A stretch of DNA of 64,000 nucleotides from the human T2T-CHM13v2.0 reference genome, Homo sapiens (GCF_009914755.1 NC_060947.1), one strand, 5' to 3'; shown: positions 1-17,500, counted from the stretch's first letter. The notes: generated by a model not told the origin, from the sequence alone. Numbers and translations are program-made.

Positions 1-2989
1 CCAGTTTTTGTTTTCTGCATATGGTTAGCCAGTTTTCCTAACACCATTTGTTAAATAGGGAATCCTTTCCCCATTGCTTGCTTTTGTCAGGCTTGTCAAA
101 GATCAGATGGTTGTAAATGTGTGGCGTTATTTCTGAGGCCTCTGTTCTATTCCATTGGTCTGTATACCTGTTTTGGTACAAGTACCATGCAGTTTGGATT
201 ACTGTATCCTTGTAGTATAGTTTGAAGTCAGGTAGCGTGATGCCTGTGGCTTATTTCTTTTTGCTTCAGATTGTCTTGGCTATATGTGGTCTTTTTTGGT
301 GCCATATGAAATTTAAAGTAGATTTGTTCTAATTTTGTGAAGAAAGTCACTGGTAGATTGATGGGGATAGTGTTGAATCTATAAATTACTTTGGGCATTT
401 TGGCCATTTTCACGATATTGATTCTTCCTATCCATGAGCATGGAAAGTTTTTCCATTTGTTTGTGTTCTCTCTTACTTCCTTGAGCAGTGGTTTGTAATT
501 CTCCTTGAAGAGGTCCTTTACATCACTTGTAAATTGTACTCCTAGGTATTTTATTCTTTTTGTAGCAATTGTGAATGGGAGTTCACTCATGATTTGGATC
601 TCTGTTTATCTGTTATTGGTGTGTAGGAATGCTTGTAATTTTTGTACATTAATTTTGTATCCTAAGACTCTGCTGAAGTTGCTTATCCACCTAAGGGGAT
701 TTTTGGCTGAGACAATTGGGTTTTTTAAATATATAATCATGTCATCAGCAAACAGAGATAATTTGACTTCCTCTCTTTCTATTTGAATATGCTTTATTTC
801 TTTCTCTTGCCTTATTGCCCTCGCTAGAACTTCCAATACTATGTTGAATAGGAGAGGTGAGAGAGGGCACCCTTGTCTTGTGCCAGTTTTCAAAGGGAAT
901 GCTTACAGCTTTTGCACATTCAGTATGATATTGGCAGTGGGTTTGTCATAAATAGCTCTTATTGTTTTGAGATATGTTCCATCAATACCTAGTTTACTGA
1001 GAGTTTTTAGCATAAAGGGGTGTTGAATTTTATCAAAGGCCTTTTGTGCATCTATTGAGATAATCATGTTGTTTTTGTCATTGGTTTTGTTTATGTGATG
1101 AATTAAATTTATTGATTTGCATATGTTGAACTAGCCTTGCATCCCAGGGATGAAGCCGACTTGATCATGGTGGATAAGCTTTTTGATGTGCTGCTGGATT
1201 TGGTTTGCCACTATTTTATTGAGGATTTTCACATTGATGTTCATCGGGGATACTGGCCTGAAGTTGTTGTTGCTGTTGTTGTTGTTGTTGTGTCTCTGCC
1301 AGGTTTTGGTATCAGGATGATGCTGGCCTCATAAAATGAGTTAGGGAGGAGTCCCTGTTTTTCTGTTGTTTGGAATAGTTTCAGAAGGAATGGTACTAGC
1401 TCCTCATTGTACCTCTGGTAGAATTCGTCTCTGTATCCATCTGGTCCTGGGCATTTTTGGTTGGTAGGCTACTAATTACTGCCTCAATTTGAGAACTGTT
1501 ATCGGTCTATTCAGGAATTTAGCTTCTTCCTGGTTTAGTATTTGGAGGGTGTATGTGTCCAGGAATTTATCCATTTCTTCTAGATTTCCTAGTTTATTTG
1601 CATAGAAGTATTTATAGTATTCTCTGATGGTAGTTTGTATTTCTGTGGGACCAGTGGTGATACCCTCTTTACCATTTTTTATTGTGTCTATTTGATTCTT
1701 ATCTATTAGTCTGGCTAGTGGTCTATTTTGTTAATCTTTTCAAAAAATCCAGTTCCTGGATTCACTGATTTTTTGATGGGTTTTTCCTATATCTATCTCC
1801 TTCAGTTCTGCTCTGATTTTAGTTATTTCTTGTCTTCTGCTAGCTTTTGAATTTTTTTACTTTTGCTTCTCCAGTTCTTTTAAATTGTGATGTTAGGGTG
1901 TCAATTTTAGATCTTTCCCACTATCTCCTGTGGGCATTTAATGCTATAAATTTCCCTTTAAACACTGCTTTAGCTGTGTCCAAGAGATTCTGTTACCTTG
2001 TGTCTTTGTTCTCACTGGTATCAAAGAACATCTTTCTTTCTCCCTTAATTTCGTTATTTACCCAGTAGTCATTCAGGAGCAGGTTATTCAGTTTCCATGT
2101 AGTTGTGCAGTTTTGAGTGAATTTCTTAATCCTGAGTTCTAATTTCATTGCTTGTGGTCTGAGAGACTGTTTGTTATGATTTATGTTCTGTTGCATTTGT
2201 TGAAGAGTGTTTTACTTCCAATTATGTGGCCAATTTTAGAATAAGTGTGATGTGGTGCTGAGATGAATGTATATTCTGTTGATTTGGGGTGGAGAGTTCT
2301 GTAGATATCTATTAGGTCTACTTGGTCCAGAGCTGAGTTCAAGTCCTGAATATCCTTGTTAATTTTCTGTTTCACTGATTTTTCTAATATTGACAGTGGG
2401 GTGTTAAAGTCTCCCACTATTATTGTGTGGGGGTCTAAGTCTCTTTGTACATCTCTAAGAATTTGCTTTATGAGTCTGGGTGCTTCTGTATTGGGTGCAT
2501 ATGTATTTAGGATAGATAGCTCTTCTTGTTGCATTAATCCCTTTACCATAACATAATGCCCTTCTTTGTCTTTTTGGTCTTTGTTGGTTTAAAGGCTGTT
2601 TTGAGACTAGCATTGCAACCCCTGCTTTTTTTTGCTTTCCATTTGCTTGGTAAATATTCCTCCATCTCTTTATTTTGAGCCTATGTGTGTCTTAGCACGT
2701 GAGGTGGGTCTCCTGAATACAGCACATGGATGGGTATTGACTCTTTATCCAATTTGCCAGTCTGTGTGTTTTAATTGGAGCATTTAGCCCATTTACATTT
2801 AAGGTTAATATTGTTATGTGTGAATTTGATCCTGTCATTATGATGCTAGCTGGTTATTTCGCCCGTTAGTTGATGCAGTTTCTTCATAGTGTTGATGGCC
2901 TTTACAATTTGCTATGTTTTTGCAGTGGCTGATACCAGTTTTTCCTTTCCATGTTTAGTGCTTCCTTCAGGAGCTCTTGTAAGGCAGGC
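1..2989 (-). mobile_element. LINE-1, L1PA7/8-like, 5'-truncated in the end of ORF1 and continuing past the left edge of the window; ORF2 disrupted
   Basis: Minus-strand frames give endonuclease peptides ([19 protein letters not shown]) and RT peptides ([32 protein letters not shown]) broken by stops and frameshifts. Homology ends at aaggcaggc (2989). Confidence 0.95.
1263..1290 (+). repeat. (GTT)n microsatellite expanded inside the L1
   Basis: gttgttgttgctgttgttgttgttgttg replaces the A-rich TTKKENF-coding stretch. Confidence 0.85.
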
Positions 2990-3117
2990 TGAGTTTATTT
3001 TTCAAATCAATAGACCAAAACTTGCAATAAGCAATGATAGACAAATAAGAAAATCAATTCTAGTGATAGAATTGAAAATATTTCACCTGGTAGCAACAGA
3101 AAAGTACAATTTTACTT

Positions 3118-3287
3118 CCCATCTCTACAAAAAATACAAAACTTAGCTTGGCCTGGTGGCGTATGCATGTGGTCCTAGCTACTTGGGTGGCTGAGGGAAA
3201 CCCCACTGACCCCGGGGCAGTGAGACTGCAGTGAGCCACGATTGTACCACTATGCTCCAGCCTGGACAACAGAGTGAGACCCAAAAA
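3118..3287 (+). mobile_element. 5'-truncated old Alu (AluJ-like linker plus right arm)
   Basis: tctctacaaaaaatacaaaa linker, then gtggtcctagctacttggg...gcagtgagccacgattgtaccactatgctccagcctggacaacagagtgagaccc. Confidence 0.85.
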
Positions 3288-4875
3288 TTGCTACTTCAAA
3301 CTTATTTGGCATCCAGCAACATGCAGGACAGTTGACTACTTGAGTAAAAAGATGAATGGTGGTGTAGTTCCAAGCAATTTGGGATATTTGACAACCTTAG
3401 CATGGGTTTAATTTAACGAAAAGGGTCTACAATGTTAATGATTAAATCAAAATATGTGTGTGTATTTGGTGACAGGGGAGAGAACGGCTTTATTTTGAAT
3501 TGATAGAAGGAAGGAACCTAATTATAAAAGTATTTTCAATTTGCACCCTCATGTCTCTAGTATGTTCTTATGTATGAAAAGGTACAATATTCATTGAAAC
3601 TCTTCTGTAAGTTGTTGAGATCTTATTCTCAGGTATGGTAGCAATCTAGGATATATTTATGTATGTTTTGAATAACTAAAATAAAAAGAAGTGATGTTGG
3701 AACAAAGAGGTGATTTTTATTGCTTTTCTGAGTTAAATATGATCATACTCTTTATCTCCCTCTCTTGAGCACAGATGCATAAATAGTGGCTAGAAATGAC
3801 TGCAAATACATAATCTTGCTTTAGAAATTCACAAATTGAAATATTTAAAATAAATCTGTTCCAACTTTTTTTTTATTCTTCAGCTTTGTCCTTCTGTAAT
3901 TTGTTATTTATAGCCAAAGCTTCAGGGAAAATTTTTAAGTCAACTTGCAGTGTAGATTAAGCCACTGAAAAATAGTGATTGTGAGATGTATTCAATAGCA
4001 TTCTGTACAAGAACTCATTTCACCACCATAATGATGAGATGCTGATATTTGGCAAAGCAATTCCATAGATTTATAGCTTCATCATCTGCTTTACTGATTG
4101 CTAGTCTCCCAAGGACAAATGGGCTTTCAGACACAATTGTAAATATCCAGAATAAAGCAATGATATCTCTACTCAGAATAGTTATGCCATAATTAGAAAA
4201 AAGTTGCTAAATAAACTTAATTGAACATTTAAAGGTCTCTATAAAACATTTCTTTTAATTTCTTCCCTAGAGGATCATGCTGGGTTCTTATTTCAAAATA
4301 TTATCCAATCTTTCATTGGCCATCTCTCTTTCTTCTTACATAGAAATTGCCTAGTTGATATTTGGTAAAGTATCACCATTTTCACAGAGATAGGTAATTC
4401 TCCCATTCCAAAGCCTCCAGGATTATTTATTTTTTCTTCTTCTTTTTTTTAATTCCTTAGGAGTTTGACAATAACTAAGTCCTTCAGGTATTAGAAGAAG
4501 GACAGTAAGAGCTTGAGAAAAACACAAGAAACTTTAGAGAGAAAGATCAGTTTGGAAAAGAAGGCAAGATTTTGCTGAACCCTTAGAGCAATGAAAATAG
4601 CCTAGAAATGAAAGTAAGCAATGATTAAACACTAAAAATGGTTTCTTTCAATCACCTCTTGACATTTATATGGTATCATAATACCTCTGGTAAGTCTTCT
4701 CTGGTTTATGAAAACAATAATAGAACCACTGAAATTATTCAGCGATTTATTCATAAAGCAATAGACAAGTTCATTGAATGGAAAGCATTTTTTTAGTTAT
4801 TAAAGCAGAAAAATTTAGCTGGAGGGATGCCTGTTAGGAAAGCACTGCACATATTCATAGCAGTATAAAGGGCTT

Positions 4876-5200
4876 GATGGACATTTAAGCTGCTTCCAGT
4901 TTTTTGCAAATACAAACAGAGCTGCACACAGCCTTGTGCATGCATCTTTCCTCAGTTGGGTGAGCACTGCTGTAAGATACATTTCTAGGAATGAAATTGC
5001 TTGGTTAAAGGGGATGTGCCTTAAAAATATTGATAGATATTAATAAATTGTTCATCAAAGAGGTGTACATTGTATGAGTGTGATCACCATGGTGAATTGT
5101 TAGTGTTCTAATATGCTTCAATCTAATAGGAGGAAGTAGGAGCTGGCTGTTACTTTATGTTGGATTTCTACACTGAGTTAAATTTATGCTTTTCATATTT
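4876..5200 (-). mobile_element. Ancient L1M (L1ME/MD-like) ORF2 3' fragment
   Basis: gatggacatttaagctgcttccagttttttgc...tctaggaatgaaattgcttggttaaaggg resembles the antisense L1 3' ORF2. Confidence 0.6.
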
Positions 5201-5574
5201 CTATTGGTTCTGAAAAATACATCATTTAAAAGATTTTAAAGGATTTTGTAAAACAAGTTTTAAATAAATCTAACATAAAATTCTTAATATTTATCTCATT
5301 TTATTCTAAACCTAATCTAATATGCAGCCACTGATTAGTTTGATGAGAACATTTCTGTGACTCACCTTGGCATGTCCTAGTTTGGGGTTGGAGTCCTTTC
5401 TCTCAATTTTCAGGCAGGCTTCATTTTTAAAGGGCCTCTGGCTACTTCTCTGTCAGATGTGAGTTTTGGATCACCTCTAATACTCTCTCTTCAGTTGTCA
5501 GTGATGGAAAGGACAGGAATGGGAGAGAAAAAAAGAATAAAAATATTTTAAAAACCAACAATACCACTATTACT

Positions 5575-5762
5575 AAAAATAGCAGCTAGTATGCACTGAG
5601 TTCTTGCTTTGAGTCTAGCATTACTCTAAGTTCTTTACACGTAGTACCTTATTTAATCTTCATAACAATATATTTTGCTATTGAGGAAACTTTGATTCAA
5701 AGAAATTAAGCAGCTTACCTACAGTCACATATCTATTAAGTAGCAGATCCAGGACCCAAATA
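5575..5762 (-). mobile_element. MIR SINE
   Basis: Antisense MIR core: atttaatcttcataacaa...gaggaaactttgattcaaagaaattaagcagcttacc. Confidence 0.75.
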
Positions 5763-5817
5763 CAGAAGGAGAATGGAGTGTTAAAAGATACATATTCTAG
5801 AGGAAAATTACCTAAAA

Positions 5818-6006
5818 TTTACTGTGTGACCATAGTCCCAGTAGCCTAACCAAGCTAGGCCTCTGTTTCCTAATATAAATATTGGAACAATGGTTGTACT
5901 CACTCCATGGAAAGGTCACGAGAATTAAGTTCGTCAATACATGCAAAAGACTTAGATTATCTGTCTGACACATGGTAAGAATCATGGAGGTGTTATCCAT
6001 TATTAT
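5818..6006 (+). mobile_element. MIR SINE
   Basis: ctgtgtgacc...gcctctgtttcctaatataaatattgg...tctgacacatggtaag...tattat. Confidence 0.7.
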
Positions 6007-7224
6007 CCAGAATCAATGCCTCCCAAATAAACATCCCAGAGCATTAGCTTTTATAACTGTACATTCTAGCACTGCTTGGACTATGTACTACAATCAAAGC
6101 AATCATCACTTACCATCTTCACATAAACTGCATATCACTCTTGCCTCTGAGTTTAAAGAACATTTCTCCCCCTTTATTTCCCAGCCCTTGTTTTATTCTT
6201 TCTACCAAACTCCAGCTGTATCTAAGTACCTGTAATCAGATACGACATCAAGGAATGATTTGAAATTTCCTACATGCCACCACCTGTCTTCCTAGCCCTG
6301 AAGATACCACAAAGGCAGAAACCCTAATACTACCATTCAGCTGCAAGTAAGAAGCACAAAATTGATTATCACAACCAAAACATTGGCATTAATCTCATAA
6401 AGAATCCTTCAGTTTTACTTGTATTCATTTGGGTGCATGGGAAAGACTTAGAAACAGGGGGTTTTAACATTTTAACATTCCATTTGGAAATAGTTTTATT
6501 TCTTTATTGTAAATCTTCTTTCCCAGGCTTCGCAGATTTTGCATATCAAAGGGCTTTTGTTCTGTTTGATTATTTGTAGATGTAAAGCAAAAAAGATTTG
6601 TTTGGATGGAAGAGCTTGAACTAGGACATTATAGAAGACAGCACACTTAAAAGTAAGAGTCCAGAACTAAAGGGAATCATGGGAACCTATGTCCCTTGAA
6701 ATCCATAAAAGTATTTAGGAATTACTTAAACTTCCAAATATTATGGAATTGAGTTCAAGAGAATCTTAATATAAGGGAGAAAACCCATATGATAGGGGAT
6801 TGCATATGTCATTGCTGTGTCCATCCTGAAAATATGCAGTTGTTTATTTCATACAGTTTGAGGACTTCCATAAGGACCCTTTTCCTAAATCTTTAACAAC
6901 AAGCCATGCTGCCTCAAGACACACTGTTATGATTATTTTATATTATTGGAGGCATTTATTCTTAAATGGTCTCTATTAAGTACAAATACTTCTAGAAAGA
7001 GACATCTGTTTGAGAAGGTGTAATGAATTCATTCTTTGATTACCTCTCTATTCCAAACACAAAGTTATGATGTATAAATATAAGACGAGAAAAACCAAAA
7101 GGATGTACTGTGATCAAAAATAATATGGTTATCTCTAAGAACCAGAAATAGGACAAAAGAAAAGCATAAAACAGTAAGTGAGCCTGAAGCCACTTCTAGG
7201 TTCTTTCTTTAGAATCAGGCAGAA

Positions 7225-8231
7225 AGGAACAGCTCTGGTCTACAGCTCCCAGCGTGACCGATGCAGAAGACGGGTGATTTCTGCATTTCCATCTGAGGTA
7301 CCGGGTTCATCTCACTAGGGAGTGCCAGACAGTGGGCGCAGGACAGTGGGTGCAGCGCACCGTGCGCAAGCTGAAGCAGGGTGAGGCATTGCCTCACTCG
7401 GGAAGCGCAAGGGGTCAGGGAGTTCCCTTTCCTAGTCAAAGAAAGGGGTGACAGATGGCACCTGGAAAATCGGGTCACTCCCACCCGAATACTGTGCTTT
7501 TCCGACCGGCTTAAAAAACGGCGCACCACGAGATTATATCCCGCACCTGGCTCAGAGGGTCCTACGCCCACAGAGTCTCACTGATTGCTAGCACAGCAGT
7601 CTGAGATCAAACTGCAAGGCAGCAGCAAGGCTGGGGGAGGGGCGCCCGCCATTGCCCAGGCTTGCTTAGGTAAACAAAGCAGCTGGGAAACTGGAACTGG
7701 GTGGAGCCCACCACAGCTCAAGGAGGCCTGCCTGCCTCTGTAGGCTCCACCTCTGGGGGCAGGGCACAAACAAAAAGACAGCAGTAACCTCTGCAGACTT
7801 AAATGTCCCTATCTGACAGCTTTGAAGAGAGCAGTGGTTCTCCCAGCATGCAGCTGCAGATCTGTGAATGGGCAGACTGCCTCCTCAAGTGGGTCTCTGA
7901 CACCTGACCCTGGAGCAGCCTAACTGGGAGGCACCCCCCAGTAGGGGCAGACTGACACCTCACACGGCTGGGTACTCCTCTGAGACAAAACTTCCAGAGG
8001 AACAATCAGACAGCAGCATTCACGGTTCATGAAAAACCACTGTTCTGCAGACACTGCTGCTGATACCCAGGCAAACAGGGTCTGGAGTGGACCTCTAGAA
8101 AACTCCAACAGACCTGCAGCTGAGGGTCCTGTCTGTTAGAAGGAAAACTAACAAACAGAAAGGACATCCACACCAAAAACCCATCTGTACATCACCATCA
8201 TCAAAGACCAAAAGTAGATAAAACCACAAAG
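7225..8231 (+). promoter_or_regulatory. L1 5'UTR with internal sense/antisense promoter, CpG-rich
   Basis: Canonical L1PA 5'UTR upstream of the ORF1 ATG (8232), with many CpGs retained at 7250-7570. Confidence 0.85.
7578..7652 (-). pseudogene. ORF0: L1 ORF0 remnant truncated at codon 25
   Basis: MAGAPPPALLLPCSLISDCCASNQ*. The in-frame continuation VGVGPSEPGAGYNLVVRRFLSRSEK follows the stop. Confidence 0.8.
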
Positions 8232-9243
8232 ATGGGGAAAAAACAGCAGAAAAACTGGAAACTCTAAAAAGCAGAGCACCTCTTCTCCTCCAAAGGACCG
8301 CAGTTCCTCACCAGCAATGGAACAAAGCTGGATGGAGAATGACTTTGACGAGCTGAGAGAAGAAGGCTTCAGACGATCAAACTATGAGCTACAGGAGGAA
8401 ATTCAAACCAAAGGCAAAGAAGTTAAAAACTTTGAAAAAAATTTAGACGAATGTATAACTAGAATAACCAATACAGAGAAGTGCTTAAAGGAGCTGATGG
8501 AGCTGAAAGCCAAGGCAGGAGAACTACGTGAAGAATGCAGAAGCCTCAGGAGCCAATGCAATCAACTGGAAGAAAGGGTATCAGCAATGGAAGATGAAAT
8601 GAATGAAATGAAGTGAGAAGGGAAGTTTAGAGAAAAAAGAATAAAAAGAAATAAACAAAGCCTCCAAGAAATATGGGACTATGTGAAAAGACCAAATCTG
8701 CATCTGATTGGTGTACCCGAAAGTGACGGGGAGAATGGAACCAAGTTGGAAAACACTCTGCAGGATATTATCCAGGAGAACTTCCCCAATCTGGCAAGGC
8801 AGGCCAACATTCAGATTCAGGAAATACAGAGAACGCTACAAAGATACTCCTCGAGAAGAGCAACTCCAAGACACATAATTGTCAGATTCACCAAAGTTGA
8901 AATGAAGGAAAAAATGTTAAGGGCAGCCAGAGAGAAAGGTCGGGTTACCCTCAAATGGAAGCCCATCAGACTAACAGTGGATCTCTCAGCAGGAACTCTC
9001 CTAGCCAGAAGAGAGTGGGGACCAATATTCAACATTCTTAAAGAAAAGAATTTTCAATCCAGAATTTCATATCCAGCCAAACTAAGCTTCATAAGGGAAG
9101 GAGAAATAAAATACTTTACAGACAAGCAAATGCTGAGAGATTTTGTCACCACCAGGCCTGCCCTAAAAGAGCTCCTGAAGGAAGCGCTAAACATGGAAAG
9201 GAACAACCGGTACCAGCTGCTGCAAAATCATGCCAAAATGTAA
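8232..9243 (+). pseudogene. ORF1: L1 ORF1p (RNA-binding chaperone), disrupted
   Basis: ATGGGGAAAAAACAG start with an early frameshift and an internal TGA at 8614-8616. Peptides ENDFDELREEGFRR, KRPNLHLIGVPE and YPAKLSF. Confidence 0.92.
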
Positions 9244-9291
9244 ACACCATTGAGACTAAGAAGAAATTGCATCAACTAACGAGCAAAATAA

Positions 9292-13133
<3,842 letters not shown>

Positions 13134-13489
13134 ACAATGAGAACACATGGACACAGGAAGGGGAACATCACACTCTGGGGACTGTTGTGGGGTGGGGGGA
13201 TGGGGGAGGGATAGCTTTGGGAGATATACCTAATGCTAGATGACGAGTTAGTGGGTGCAGCGCACCAGCATGTCACATGTATACATATGTAACTAACCTT
13301 CACATTGTGCACATGTACCCTAAAACTTAAAGTATAATAAAAAAAAAAAAAAAAGAATCAGGCAGAAGCAGCTAGAGGCCTAGCTGCTGTGGAATAAAGA
13401 AATTAAAAGTGCTTTTAACAAGATGTATGGTCTGATCCAGGATTAACCTTAAGGGCATGAATACATCTCATCACTTTCTTCAGTCATTG

Positions 13490-13695
13490 AAATAAGAAAA
13501 TGCTCTAGACTCAACAGAGTTGAATAAATCCTTAATGAATTAGAAGAAATTTCTGAGAAAATTAACCCAGGATATGGCACTAACAGACAATAACTTAAAA
13601 ATATATGAAGGATACATTAAGAGACATGAAGGGTAGATCAATAATTTCTAATATTTATCTCATTCCAGAAGGGAATAAATGGAATGGCAGAAATG
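13490..13695 (+). mobile_element. Ancient L1 ORF1 fragment (HAL1/L1ME-like), left part
   Basis: ttaatgaattagaaga...gaaattaacccagg...attaagagacatgaagggtaga...ccagaagg resembles old ORF1 coiled-coil coding sequence. It appears to resume at 23152. Confidence 0.5.
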
Positions 13696-14195
<500 letters not shown>

Positions 14196-14595
14196 AACAT
14201 AATGAGATATCACCTCACATCTATTAGACTATCAAAAAAATGAAAGATAACAAGTGTTGGTAAGAATGTAACGCAAAAGAAACTCTTGTACACCTTTAGA
14301 GGGAATGTAAATTAGTATAGTTGTGAAAAACAGTATGGGCTTTCTTCAAAATACTAAAAGTAAAATTGCCATATGATCTAGCAATCTCACTTCTGGGTAT
14401 ATAGCCAAAAGAACTGAAATCAATGTGTTGAAGAGATATCTTCAATCCCATGTTCGTTGTAGCATTATTCACAGTAGCCAAGATATGAAAACAACCAAAG
14501 CACCCATCAATGGATGAACACATTTTTTAAATGTGGCACACACACAACACACAGACACACACAATACTATTCAATCTTTAAAAAGCAAGAAATTC
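14196..14595 (+). mobile_element. L1MA ORF2 3' region, left half (host of the L1PA7 insertion)
   Basis: aatgagatatcacctcaca...gcaatctcacttctgggtatatagccaaaagaactgaaatc. Ends aaaaagcaagaaattc and resumes colinearly at 22666. Confidence 0.85.
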
Positions 14596-17500
14596 GATGT
14601 GGCTGGCAACATGGCCAAATAGGAACAGCTCCAGTCTGCAAATCCCAGTGAGACCAATGCAGAAGTCAGGTGATTTCTGCATTTCCAACTGAGGTACACT
14701 GCTCACTTCACTGGGACTGGTTTGACAGTGGGTACAGCCCACAGAGGGTGAGCCAAAGCAGGGTGAGGCATTGCCTCACCCAAGAAGTGCAAGGAGTCAG
14801 GGAACTCCCTCCTTTAGCCAAGGGAAGCCGTGAAGGACTGTGCCATGAGAAAAGGTGCACTCCATCCCAGATACTACGCTTTTCCCACAGTCTTCACAAC
14901 CTGCAGACCAGCAGATTCCCTCGGGTGCCTACACCACTAGGGCCCTGGATTTCAAGCACAAAACTGGGTGGCAATTTGGACAGACACCAAGCTAGCTGTA
15001 GGAGATTTTATTCATACCCTAATGGTGCCTGGAATGCCAGTAAGACAGAACTGTTCACTCCCCTGGAAAAGGGGCTGAAGCCAGGGAGCCAAGTGGTCTA
15101 GCTCAGCAAATCCCACCCCCACGGAGACCAGCAAGCTAAGTTCCACTCAGCACAGCAGTCTGAAGTTGACCAGGGATGCTCAAGCTTGGTGGGGGGAGGG
15201 GCGTCCGCCATTACTGAGGCTTGAGTAGGAGATTTTTCCCTCACAGTGTAAACAAAGCCACCACGAAGTTTGAACTGGGCAGAGCCCACTGCAGCTTGGC
15301 AAACCAATGTAGCTAGACGGCCTCTCTAGATTCCTCCTCACTGGGCAGGGCAACTCTGAGAGAAAAGCAGCAGCTCCCGTCAGGGGCTTATAGATAAAAC
15401 TCCCATCTCCCTGGGACAGAGCACCTGGGGGAAGGGGCAGCTGTGGGTGCAGCTTCAGCAGACTTCCTGCTGGCTCTGAAGAGAACCTTCCTTCCTGCTA
15501 GCTCTGAAGAAAACAGCAGATCTCAGAGCAGAGTACTTGGGTTCTGGTAAGGGACAGACTGCCTCCTCAAGTGGGTCCCTGATCCCCATACCTCCCGACT
15601 AGGAGACACCTCACAGCAGGGGTCAACAGACATCTGATATGGGAGAGCTCTGGCTGGCATCTTGTGGGTGCCCCTCTGGGAAGAAGCTTCCAGAGGAAGG
15701 AACAGGCAGCAGTCTTTGCTGTTCTGCAGACTCTGCTGGTGATACCCAGGCAAACAGGGTCTGGAATGGACCTCCAGCAAAGTCCAGCAGACCTGCAGCA
15801 GAGGGGACTGAGTGTTAGAAGGAAAACTAACAAACAGAAAGGATTAGCATCAACATCAACAAAAAGGACGTCCACACAGAAACCCCATCCAAAGGGCACC
15901 ATCATCAAAAACCAAAGGTAGATAAATCCATGAAGATGAGGAAAAACCAGCCCCAAAAGACTGAAAATTCCAAAAAACAGAACGGCTCTTCTCCTTCAAA
16001 GGATCATGACTTCTCTCCAGCAAGGGAACAAACCTGGATGGAGAATGAGTTTGACAAAGGGACAGAAGAAGGCTTCAGAAGTTGGGTAATAACAAACCCT
16101 CTGAGCTACAGGAGCATGTTCTAACCCAATGCAAGGAAGCTAAGAACCTTGAAAAAGGGTTAGAGGAATTGCTAACTAGAATAACCAGTTTAGAGAAGAA
16201 CACAAATGACCTGATAGAGCTGAAAAACACAGCACAGGAACTTCATGAAGCATACACGAGTATCAATAGCCCAATTGATCAAGCAGAAGAAAGGATATCA
16301 GAGATTGAAGATCAACTTAATAAAATAAAGTGTGAAGACAAGTTTGGAGAAAAAGAAATGAAAAGGAAAGAACAAAGCCTCCAAGAAATATGGGACTATG
16401 TGAAAAGACCAAACCTACGTTTGATTGGAGTACTTGAAAATGACAGGGATAATGGAACCAAGTGGAAAAACACTCTTCAGGATATTATGCAGAAAAACTT
16501 CCCCAACCTAGCAAGATAGGCCAACATTCAAATTCAGGAAATACAGAGAACACCACAAAGATACCGCTTGAGAAGAGCAACCTCAAGACATATAATTGTC
16601 AGCTTCACCAAGGTTGAGATGAAGGAAAAAATGTTAAGGGCAGCAAAAGAGAAAAGTCAGGTTACCGACAAATGGAAGCTCATCAGACTAACAGTGGATC
16701 TCTCTGCAGAAGCCCTACAAGCCAGAAGAGAGTGGGGGCCAATATTCAACATTCTTAAAGAAAAGAATTTTTCTACCCAGAATTTCATATCCAGCCAAAC
16801 TAAGTTTCATGAGCGAAGCAGAAATAAAATCCTTTACAGATAAGCAAATGCTGAGAGATTTTGTTACTACAAGGCCTGCCTTACAAGACCTCCTGAAGGA
16901 AGCACTACAAATGCAAAGGGAAAACTGGTATCGGCCACTGCAAAAGATACCAAATTATAAAGTCCATCGACACTATGAAGAAACTGCATCAACTAATGGA
17001 CAAAATAAACCAACTAGCATCAGAATGACTGGATCAAATTCACACATAAAAATATTAACCTTAAATGTAAACAGGCTAAATGCCCCAATTAAAAGACACA
17101 GACTGGCAAATTGGATAAAGAGTCATGACCCATTGGTGTGCTGCATTCAGGAGACCAATCTCATGTGCAAAGACACACATGTGCTCAAAATAAAGGGACG
17201 AAGGAAGATTTACCAAGCAAATGGAAAACAAAAAGAAAGCATGGGTTGCAATTCTAGTCTCTGAAAAAGACAAAGAAGAGCATTATATAATGGTAAAGGG
17301 ATCAATGCAACAAGAAGAGCTAACTATCCTAAATATATATGCACCCAATACAGGAGCACCCAGATTCATAAAGCAAGTTCTTAGAGACATACATGGAGAC
17401 TTAGACTCCCATACAATAATAATGGGAGACTTTAACACCCCACTGTCAATATTAGACAGATCAACAAGAGAGAAAATCAACAAGGATATTCAGGACTTGA

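Noticed and set aside
4425-4700. Possible exon(s) after a polypyrimidine tract (ttccttag at ~4452-4459; gtaagc and gtaagt donors)
   Set aside because: Only generic splice-like motifs in AT-rich DNA, with no supporting open frame or partner exons.
13186-13211. G-quadruplex-forming tract
   Set aside because: It is the standard G-rich tract of the L1PA 3'UTR and not specific to this locus.
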